From Eledone cirrhosa (Eukaryota), in the NCBI GenBank assembly GCA_964016885.1, contig OZ024755.1:1674001-1738000 (forward strand): a DNA stretch of 64,000 bases. The letters are read 5' to 3'. The position numbers and the translations under genes were made by a program. The notes beneath the pieces were generated by a model, which worked only from the letters and a program-made list of their open reading frames with translations, searched no databases and was not told where the DNA came from. Below are positions 1 through 10,822 of the stretch, piece by piece (the first letter of the stretch is position 1; every line of letters begins with the position of its first letter).

Positions 1-289
1 AACAAAATCTACCATTTACTGACCTATGTCCAACTGAAAGAAACGGTACAGTATCTGACTAGATAACATTTCTAGTCACTTGTTGTAATGTTCGCAGTTT
101 AAATACCTGCAATATTGATAAGATAAATGTATGGAAGCTCAGAATGGTTTGTGGTATTTGTTCTGGCTCTGTTCTGTCAGTTCAAATCCCGCAGAGGTCA
201 ATTTTGCCTTTCATCCATTCGAAGTAGATAGAATATGAACCAGTCTAGTACTGGGGTCGATTCGTCTTCTATATCACTTTCTTTCTTCT

Positions 290-780
290 CTGGAAGAAAT
301 CTGGTGTATTCAGACCTGGGGAGGAGATGAGCTCTGCCAGGCTTAAAATGCTGTAGAAATGCCTCCATCAGGGATTACGGTACCATAACATACCAAATGT
401 ATGAACCAGTCAGCTAATCTTAGTGAGGGATGTAACATCAGTGGAATGGAGTTTGTTGTCTTGTTTGTCAACCTCCTTGTAGTGGGTCTTGGACACTGGA
501 CACTGGTTAGGTAACAGCATATTCCAACGAATGACATTTTTAATGATATGAAATAAGTTAGAATGTCTTGGGGAAAGAATCGCTGGACAGATTTTATGGG
601 TAAAAACCAACGGGTAGGAGACCCAGGGATAGACCATGAGCAAGATAGTTGGATAACATCCATGAACTCAGCATGTTTCACTTTAGGAACCAGCCAGATC
701 AGTTGGAGACGGTTGCTTCTGTCAGGACCCACTGGAAGGTTGAGGGCTCTCTCAGGAATAACTGGGAAAAGAAAAAGGAA
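290..780 (+). mobile_element. Degenerate 3' end of an RTE-clade LINE
   Basis: Broken frame reads GRRPRDRP*AR*LDNIHEL, like the RTE C-terminal GRP..RWLDNI motif. The same 3' segment recurs at 41085-41245 (+), 34310-34430 (-) and 50968-51070 (-). Confidence 0.55.
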
Positions 781-2448
781 ATCACTCGGAACTAATTTTA
801 GACCTTATGTGGAGAGAAAACATTTTAAACAGGATTTTGTTGATTTTGTAACTGGTTCATATTTCTATCGATCACTTATCAATTATTCAATCAGCCATTT
901 AAACAATTCTAACTCAGTAGACTATATTTGTCTCTCTTCTATATTTACCATCATAACAAAAGTATTAACTTGCTCTGTAGCGAATTAATTGCAGCTTCTA
1001 TGGACATATAAATACTCGGGAGTTCGTTGGTTGGTGATAATGGTGGGTGATGAGGTGGTTCTGATCGAACAAATTATCTCTTGATAGTTGATAGAATATT
1101 TATTGTTGATGGTGGAATATCAATAAATGCTCTTTTATTGGTTATATATATAGAGAGAGAAAGAAAGACTGGGGAAATGACTAATCATTGGAGTACTCAA
1201 TACATGGGGAGATGCAGAGTGGGTATAGAGATATGTAAAGTGCTGATAGCTTGGCGCCGCGGTCAGGATTCTACCCATCCACCTCTCTCTATATATATAT
1301 ATATAAGTAGAAGGGATATTTAATTTGTTGGAAATCCGACAAATATAAATGTTTATAACTGATTTAGAGCACTCGAGTTCCTGGAGTAAGTATTCAATGA
1401 TATTAAATAAATGGAAACTATATTTATATTTACAATATGGTTTTATAAATATAGTTTCCATTTATTTAATATCATTGAATATATGTGTATGTATGTGTGT
1501 GTGTGTGTGTGTAAAAGGTAAACAGAAATATCAACAATCGGTACAGTATATGGAAGGGATATATTAGGTTAACACTTGATATAGCAGGAAGAGGATATAT
1601 ATAATTCAATATATCCACTGCCACAGACTCGACCACAATATATAAGTTACAATGAAAAGAATGAACATGTTCTAGAACCTTCAGTATTTTCAGCCATACT
1701 GCTAGTAATCTGGTTTAGAAACAAACACTACGACTCGCAACTTTGTTTAGTTTTTCAAAATAAAAGTAATTTGTTCATGTTTCGGTTAATGAAACGAGTG
1801 AAGGTGCATTGATAAATCGAAAACGAAAACGTATTTCTAAACAATAATACATTTAGTAAACATAAGTGTCATGTTCCCAGCATAAATAACGCCCATGTAT
1901 TATTATTATTATTTATTTCTACAAACATATCTGCGTCAAAGTGAGGAATGCTGTTAGGCATGGATGGCAAAGAACTAAACGGGAGAAAGGTAAGATGAAG
2001 AATGTTAGAAAGGAAAGGAAAACGAAATTCTTTTAATAAAGAAAACTATTTGCAGTGACTGACGTCAAAAAAAGCTGTCTATCGTCTGATGAAAACCAGG
2101 AGGCACAGCAAGGTGAATGGAAAAAACAGTAATGGTGGATGCTATTATTATAGCAAACGTTTGCATTTGCTGGATATTATTACAAGAAATTACCATAATA
2201 ACTTAACAGTTTACCTTGAAATAAAATACAAAAAACATCAATTATACAAACAACATCCAAATTTATTGACACCCACGAACACTCGCCTTTTATTTTATAC
2301 ATATTAGGAGGAAATAATATCTAGTTGTACATTTGTACAAGATGGTTCTTCGTATATCATGGCAGAAGATAAACCATTCTTAATTTGGAATGTAAGGATC
2401 AGTTGCTTGAAACATTCCGAAACCCTATTAAATGTTAACCTTGAAATA

Positions 2449-2648
2449 TACGCGGGTCGCCTGGAAAGTTCATAGGCTGACCAAGAAACTCCCATCGAAT
2501 GACCAAATGAGGTTTATTTTTCAACATAGTCCCTGGAAAGAAACAATATAGTTATTAATAAGAGTTGAAATTAATGCATGCAAGATTTCACAGCTCTAGC
2601 ATCACTCCTTCATAGTCAGCCTATGAACTTTTCAGCTAACTCTCGTAT
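2449..2648. mobile_element. Mariner-type MITE
   Basis: Imperfect TIRs TACGCGGGTCGCCTGGAAAGTTCATAGGCTGAC ... GTCAGCCTATGAACTTTTCAGCTAACTCTCGTA with TA ends and no coding capacity. Confidence 0.7.
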
Positions 2649-2899
2649 ATCATAGCAGAAGACAAACCATTCTTAACCTGGAATGCAAGGATCCATTGCT
2701 TGAAACATTCCAAAACCTTAGCAATTAACCTTGAGGAGATCTCATGTTATTACATCCCATGTATAATATTATATTAACCTTGAGGAGATACGATTTCATC
2801 TCGTATTTTTATAGTTATTTTATTTTATCAATTTATTTATTTATTTATCTTTGCTACTTCTGATTCAATGGGATAAATATTTTTTTAAAGGAATACAGT

Positions 2900-3074
2900 T
2901 ACCGTATATATTCAAATAAAGGTCGACCCCTTATTTTATGTCTGAGAAATTGGCAAAACTCCAATAAGTCGAGGCAGCTAATCAACACATTATTTAGATG
3001 GAGAATATAAGCCGACCTCCCCTCTATTTTACCATCAGTCATATTCCTCAACTTATATTCGAGTATTTACGGTA
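2900..3074. mobile_element. Pogo/Tigger-like MITE
   Basis: TIRs TACCGTATATATTCAAATA ... TATTCGAGTATTTACGGTA. Related internal sequence (gtctgagaaat...gaggcagctaa...tttagatg) occurs at 16440-16565 and 34440-34607. Confidence 0.7.
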
Positions 3075-3460
3075 GTTCTAACATATTCCTCAACTTATAT
3101 TCAAATATATACGGTAGTTCTGACATATTCCTCAACTTATATTCAAATATATACGGTAGTTCTGAGACATATTCCTCAACTTATATTCAAGTATTTACGG
3201 TAGTTCTGACATATTCCTCAACTTATATTCAAGTATATACGGTAGTTCTGAGACATATTCCTCAACTTATATTCAAGTATATACGGTAGTTCTGAGACAT
3301 ATTCCTCAACTTATATTCAAGTATATACGGTAGTTCTAACATATTCCTCAACTTATATTCAAGTATATACGGTAGTTCTGAGACATATTCCTCAACTTAT
3401 ATTCAAATATATACAGTAGTTCTGAGACATATTCCTTAGCTTATATTCAAGTATATACAG
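3040..3460. repeat. Tandem array of a 41-43 bp unit derived from the MITE right TIR
   Basis: About 10 copies of acatattcctcaacttatattcaagtatatacggtagttctg(ag). Confidence 0.9.
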
Positions 3461-4269
3461 TGTATGTTAAATTAGTTTGAAGCATTACAACTGTTAAAGA
3501 TACATTCAAATATTAATGGTTGGTACTGTTATCTGTCTACAATGGAAACCCGCAACAATTTAAGTAGTACCAACACTAGTTCTAGGGACACCCTCTGGCA
3601 ATTGAGGCAATTTATTTTATGTGATCTCTTAGTGCTAACTTCTCCTGTGCTGACAGAGTCTACATACGAATGTAAATTTTTACTAGAAACCGGAGTCACT
3701 TTAAAAAGGTCTAACAACTCGACAATTAATGGGAAGCCATTGGCTGTTATTTCTAGTAAAAATCTTCTACTCGTCACTAAGTCCTCTACAAAGTCTTATT
3801 GTTAATTCTACGCATGCGCGTCACTTGTACATCATGATAGATTAACTTAAGACCTCAGCAACAGATGAATATGTCTTATCTCTCTTAGTTTTACTGACAT
3901 GTCAATCTTTAACAACCCAAATGGGGAGTACCATGATATAAAGTGACCCAAAATAGAGATATTTTACATAATGAAAGCTATAGCCATTGTCACAAGAAGG
4001 GGCGAGTTGACAGGTCTTTGTTTAAGATCAGAAATTTCATCTCTGATCATCAAGTTATTTCTGGAGGCAGTAAGTAGCCATCTTAATTAATTGAGATGAT
4101 TGATTCTGTTATTTTATCTTGTGAAACTGCAGTTAGAAGATATAAAGAAGTTCGTTATATGAATTGTATTGCCTCTTGGGATGTGTTAGTGAAGTTATTT
4201 ATTTTAGAGTGTTTTGCAGTGATCTTTCCTCTAAACTCTGAGCCTTAATAGATATATATATATATATAT

Positions 4270-4525
4270 GGAAAACGAAGAATCAGTGAGGCATCGGAAG
4301 ACAATTTATTAACGTATTACAATTGTTTCTCCGGCGAACAGCTCGAGGTGTGATCTGGACTCTGGATTCTCCCGAATGAAACAGTTCTAGTTCTGTAGAA
4401 GCCTTTCTATATTAAATATTTATACTCTGCTTTGTATTGAGTACCTACTTACTGTGGTTACCCCCGAATGAACCCGGGATAAACTTTTATATATATATAT
4501 GTATGTGTGTGTTTATGTATGTATA

Positions 4526-4557
<32 letters not shown>

Positions 4558-4944
4558 CATACATAAACACACACATACATATATATATATAAAAGTTTAT
4601 CCCGGGTTCAATCGGGGGTAACCACAGTAAGTAGGTACTCAATACAAAGCAGAGTATAAATATTTTGAGCTCTGCTGTCGGGGTCATACTTGTTCCTATT
4701 ACCCACCCTACTACCCTAAGTATTGAGTACTTTGGTGCGTTATGGTCCATAACGAAAGAATTGTTGTAAGGAACCAGATGGACCATAACGCACCAAAGTA
4801 CTCAATACTTAGGGTAGTAGGGTGGGTAATAGGAACAAGTATGACCCCGACAGCAGAGCTCAAGCCGTTTCGACGGCTATTTCCGTCCAGAAATAGCCGT
4901 CGAAACGGCTTGAGCTCTGCCGTCGGGGTCATACTTGTTCCTAT
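4270..4944. repeat. Nested inverted-repeat (fold-back) element between (TA)n tracts; possibly Penelope-like
   Basis: Arms 4414-4526/4553-4665, 4665-4750/4778-4863 and 4829-4883/4890-4944 are near-perfect reverse complements. The family assignment is inference. Confidence 0.85.
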
Positions 4945-6057
4945 ATATATATATATATATATGTATATGTATATGTGTATATAAGAACATTGTTAATGTG
5001 TGCGTATTTGCAATGTTTACATTTGTTTTATTTAATTTTTTTCAAATCCTACAAAATATATTAAGCAGATCTTTAGTAAAACATCGTCTAACAAGATTAT
5101 AACATGAAATTGTTGAGCTGTAAGTTGTTTCATTTGACATTTGAGAGAAGAATAAAGTTGACTTTCATAATCTCCAGCTATGTAGGTCTTACTTGAATGT
5201 TTGGTTCTGTTAGCAATATTACAGCTTCAGTTACCATTATATAAACACTGCTAAGGAATTTCTTTCTTTTACGATGCAAGACAGGTGTCTTTCTTCTGAC
5301 AATTTACTTCGTATAAAATGTTCTTTTGCACGTAAATGTTTTTATGAAGATAAACAGTATAGGTTGTAAGATGTAGAATAGTGGTATATCACTGGGGTGT
5401 TTTACTATAGTATCAGTAAATGAAGGTATAGAGTAGAGATTATAGACCAAATATCTGTGGCTTATAGAGGAGATGGTGCAACAGGGCTGGCCACAGTTTC
5501 TCTCTAATAATGAGTTAGACACCAATATTGGCCACAGGCAAAACATTAACCCAGTCTCCGGAGAATTTGGTCTCATCCATTCTGAGTTGGCCACAGAGAT
5601 GATGAAGGAACAGGACGAATGGAGAAATGATGTCCTGAAAAGGAACCATTCGACCCATGCCAGCGTGGAAAAACAGACATAAAAAAGATGATGATGGGGG
5701 TGGGGGTGGTGATGGTGGTGGTGGTGGTGGTGATGATGATGATGATGGTGGAGGTGGTGATGATGATGGTGGTGATGGTGACTATGAGCAATAACAAAAC
5801 AACAACATAGAACTAGAAATAACACCATCCTTCACTGTGTTGTCTGATTGATCTTTGAATATTTAAAACTCTTTAAAGTTTAAAGGATTTTAATTATGAT
5901 CGTCTGAAGTATAAATGTATGAAGTGTGTTAGATATCCGATATTCAAACACTGTTTATTTGTATATCAAGCTTCTACTGACGGAAGTATAAAATTTGTGT
6001 AAATGCCAACAGAAGATAAAATATGAATGGAATAAGAAAGATTTCTAAAAATAGTCT

Positions 6058-6318
6058 TCACCACCATGTAGTCTATTTGGTGTAGGTTTTCCACCTCTGC
6101 AAACACCATCACCACCACCATGTAGCCTATTTAGTGTAGGTTTTGCACCTCTGCAAACACCACCACCACCATGTAGCCTATTTGCTGTAGGTTTTCCACC
6201 TCTGCAAACACCATCACCACCACCATGTAGCCTATTTAGTGTAGGTTTTGCACCTCTGCAAACACCACCACCACCATGTAGCCTATTTGCTGTAGGTTTT
6301 CTACCTCTCCAAACACCA
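6058..6318. repeat. Minisatellite, ~51-57 bp unit, 5 copies
   Basis: caccaccatgtagcctatttagtgtaggttttgcacctctgcaaacac repeated. Confidence 0.9.
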
Positions 6319-6924
6319 ATTCAAAGATCCTAGCAACTGGATGTCTTAACTCCTCACTAAAATAATTTAAAACTCTTCTATCAATGCATATAAATATTAC
6401 ATTCTCTTTAAGAAATCACTCACAGGTAAATTAATACGGCAAAGGTAACCAAGGTTCTCTTGCTGATGAAATTGTTAAACCTGTTCTTATTTTTAGAAGC
6501 TGCTCATTACTTTTTTATCATTCTACCTATTTACCTTTATCACCAGAATATCCTACAAACCAAGCACTACAACACACAACACATACATGTATGTATGTGT
6601 TGTGTGTGCATGCATATTTATAAATACATGCTTGCATACATATACATACATAAACACACATATACACATATTGATATACTCTTTTACTCTAGTCCCAGTC
6701 CAAGAGGGGGAGCCATGCTGGGGCACTGCCATTATATATATATATATAGTAATAATAATAAATGTGAAGACTAAAATCCAAAGAAGGCTTGATAAGGATA
6801 AATATATATCAAATATATAAAAACCATAGAGCAAAAATTTATTAAAATAACAGATTAAAGTTTAAGAATCGCTGCTTTCACCCTTAACAGGATCTTCTGA
6901 AAATCTGTTATTTTAATATATATA

Positions 6925-7085
6925 TAATTGTTTCTACTTTAGGCACAAAGCCAGCAATTACCCAGTACATTACTGGTACTTTATTTTATCGACCCCGTAA
7001 GGATGAAAGGCAAAGTTAAGCTCGGCAGGATTTGAACTCAAACTGTAAAGGGACATAACTATGCTAGAAAGCATGGCGTCCAACC
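6925..7085 (-). mobile_element. tRNA-derived SINE, family A
   Basis: Shared core (aactttgcctttcatcctt..ggggtcgataaaataaagtaccagt) with a B-box-like gagttcaaatcc. Other copies lie near 130-265, 7385-7530, 23525-23625, 29855-30000 and 51435-51600. Confidence 0.7.
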
Positions 7086-7974
7086 CTATAATGGTGTTAG
7101 GAAGAGCATGAAGCGATAGAAATCAAGCCAGAAACAGTTCTGTATGAGCAAGACCTCATCACCTCATCTGACTTGTCTCACAATGGGATAACTTATCTAA
7201 CCCATGTTAGCATGGAAAATGGACGGGAGTCATAAGGGAGCCATATTGACATACAGCACTTCTTGATTACTTTTTAAAACCTGGTGGAGCCCATCTCCTC
7301 TCTAGGTTTGAATACAGCAGATTTCTTCTAGAGAAGAAAAGAGAGAGTGAGAGAATGGAAGTGAGAAAGATATATAAATGAAGAATTGACCCCAGTACAA
7401 GACTGGTACTTTTATTTTATCGACCTTGAATAGAGGAAAAAGCAAAGTTGACCTCAGCAGGACTTGAACTGAGAGAGAAGAAAGCCGGAATAAAAACCAC
7501 AAAACATTCTGACATCCTAACAACTCTGTTGTGCTGTAATAAATATTTATTTCTTCTTTTAAGACTTTCGACACTTGAGATATATTTTAGTGAAATATGT
7601 TAAAAGTTGGCTCTCTTCCAGGATCTGTAAAGATTCACAGAAACTCTCAAGAAAACATATTTCCCTATCTTTTGTTTCATTACTTGAAGCTTTTTTTCTT
7701 GTTTTTATTTTCTTCAACTCTATCTTATGTCTGTGATTTTGTTTTTATACTTGTTCCGTTGTTTTTTGTAATATTTTCCTTTTCAATTTATTTTCTTGTT
7801 TCACCATTCTTCCTACATTTCCTTCACTTCATGTCTCCCAACTTTCCTACATCCTCATATATGTGGGTATGTGTTCATGTATATTTACATATATGGTCAC
7901 TTGACCTAGCATTGCCCACAACAGGACAACTTGTCTGACTCATGCTAGCGTGGAAGAATGGACGTAAATCTGGC

Positions 7975-8012
7975 TGTCTGTCTATCTGTCTGTCTATCTA
8001 TCTGTCTGTCTA

Positions 8013-8059
<47 letters not shown>

Positions 8060-8825
8060 GCATGTCTTTGTATTGTCCCCTTTTCTTGTGCGCCCTTGTG
8101 GCTAATAAAGAAATATATCTATCTGTCTGTCTGCCTATCTGCCTGGCTATCTGTCTATCTGCCTGCCTATCTGTCTATCTGCCTGGCTATCTGTCTATCT
8201 GCCTGCCTATCTGTCTATCTGCCTGGCTCGCTGTCTATCTGCCTGCCTATCTGTCTATCTGCCTGGCTCGCTGTCTATCTGCCTGCCTATCTGTCTATCT
8301 GCCTGGCTATCTGTCTATCTGCCTGCCTATCTGTCTATCTGCCTGGCTATCTGTCTATCTGCCTGCCTATCTGTCTATCTGCCTGGCTCGCTGTCTATCT
8401 GCCTGCCTATCTGTCTATCTGCCTGGCTCGCTGTCTATCTGCCTGCCTATCTGTCTATCTGCCTGGCTATCTGTCTATCTGCCTGCCTATCTGTCTATCT
8501 GCCTGGCTATCTGTCTATCTGCCTGCCTATCTGTCTATCTGCCTGGCTCGCTGTCTATCTGCCTGCCTATCTGTCTATCTGCCTGGCTCGCTGTCTATCT
8601 GCCTGCCTATCTGTCTATCTGCCTGGCTATCTGTCTATCTGCCTGCCTATCTGTCTATCTGCCTGGCTATCTGTCTATCTGCCTGCCTATCTGTCTATCT
8701 GCCTGGCTCGCTGTCTATCTGCCTGCCTATCTGTCTATCTGCCTGGCTATCTGTCTATCTGCCTGCCTATCTGTCTATCTGCCTGGCTCGCTGTCTATCT
8801 GCCTGCCTATCTGTCTATCTGTCTG
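7975..8825. repeat. Compound tetranucleotide satellite with 20/40-bp higher-order unit
   Basis: (TCTG/TCTA)n grading into ctgcctat-ctgtctat-ctgc alternating with ctggctat/ctggctcg units. Confidence 0.95.
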
Positions 8826-8924
8826 ACTTTTAATTGTTAAATATTTGGCAAAGTATTTTATTGAAAAGTTTTTGTTTTGGTATTAGAGAAACGTTTAGCA
8901 AAGATATTTGACAAAACGGTCGTC

Positions 8925-8979
8925 TGACGTCATCGCTATGTTCTGACGTCAGTAACACATCAGCCATTTCATTGGCTGA
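8925..8979. promoter_or_regulatory. Candidate cis-module: two CRE sites plus CCAAT box
   Basis: TGACGTCA at 8925-8932 and 8944-8951; ATTGGCTGA at 8971-8979. Confidence 0.45.
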
Positions 8980-10655
8980 CATTTCTTGAGCAGTACTTTA
9001 CTATCTCTTGATAGCTTTTACAAGGCTGCCTTTGAAACTTCAGAAGATTGGATCTACTTCTCATGTCTGAAATAATATACATGGCTAATTTGAATACTAC
9101 TAATAATAACAGTGGTGGTGGTGGTGAGATGAGAGGAGCAGATTGGTGGTGGTGGTGAGGGGAGTAGACTAATTCTCAAATAGTAAATTAGAGTGAAATT
9201 AATTTAGTTTTAGGTGTCATATGAGAGGAATATTGCAAGAAGACTGCTTTCAGGTCTCAAGAGGAGGAGACCATCATCGCCATGTTTTTATATCTATTTT
9301 CTATGCTTGCATGGGTTAGATGGGTTGTTACACTTTGAGACAAGTCAGGCCTCCTCTTAAAATTCATAGGAACAAAAAGATATTTTTTTTTAGGATGAGA
9401 TGGGTATAGAATATCCCTAATCCACCGCTTAGCTACATAGGCCCTGGGGTAATGACTGGTTCAATCTCCTTCTTATAGGATCTGGTTGTTGTTGTTGTTG
9501 TTTAGCTTCTGAATTGACCCTATTCAAGCAGACCTATTTTTAAAAACATTCAAGCCTTAATCATTCACTCCATATTGGAGTAGTATTAACATGTGGTGAA
9601 GTGGTTAAGACTCATGGCTTCCCACTATACAGTCTGGGTTCAATTCCTGGTGTGAGAACATTAAAAGTTTTACATGATGGATCCTCAGCATCTCCCCCAC
9701 CAACATGACTGAAATATATAAAATAATTTTAAAAAACAGCGTTTTATTAGAGAGCTAGAGCAATGGAAATAGGGTATTGATGTTAGAATAATGGTAACTA
9801 AATTATTGGAATGTCGGCTTGGAATTGTCATTAATATTTCAGGATAAAATTCGATCCATCAAAAGAAGAAATGAGAAAGCTAATTCAGAGCAGAATATCT
9901 TGTCATTCTTATTTTTTTTTTATGAGAGGATTTTATCCCAAAATATTAAGGGCTATTAAACACCTCCAATATAACATTACATCTTTGTTATCATATATTT
10001 ACCATTTACTGTCCTATTTCTACCACTGTAGACTTGTAATAAACCACAATCTTCTACACTTTAAATAATGTTTCCAGCAGACTACAACAACCTATTATAA
10101 AATAATTACTTTTAATGTTCTATTTTCATTGTTTCATAAATATTTTCCATTTTATTTCTTACTTTCTGTCTTTCCTTTCCACTTGTTTTCTCATTCCATG
10201 ACAGCTGACGAATAAATATCTAATTACTTTCGGAATCATTGATCCCCCTCCTCCTCATTATCATCATCATCATCACCATCATTCCTCATTATCATCATCA
10301 CTGACAGGCTTCAGACACACCCTTTGATTTTCTCCCCTCCTCCTCCTGCCACACTTTCACCTCCACCCCCTCTTCATCTCCCCTTTTCTTTTTTATTTCT
10401 TCACCTTTTTTCTCTTCCTCCACCCCACCTTCTACTACTCTACCTCCACAATATTCCTGCTCCACCCCACCCTCCTCTTCATACTCTCACCCATCTACTA
10501 CCCTACCCCTCTCCTCCACCTACTATACCCCCCCCCCCATCTCTCATTGTTCTGTTCTCTCTCTCCTATCATCTTCCTGCAGTTTGTCACCTATTTTGCT
10601 ATCTTCATGTTTCATATCAACATTTTATCTTAAAAAGATTCTCTCACCCCCCCCC

Positions 10656-10691
<36 letters not shown>

Positions 10692-10822
10692 AATCGTCAT
10701 CATCATCATCATCATCATCGACAACATCATCATCGACCTTCTATCTTCTCAACTACCTTAACTTCTCACATTTCATTTCACTGAATCTCATTACGCAAGG
10801 TTTACAAAGCAATGTTTTTTAC

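Noticed and set aside
7942-8833. 291-294 aa Cys/Leu-rich ORFs
   Set aside because: Translations of the tetranucleotide satellite, open in several frames.
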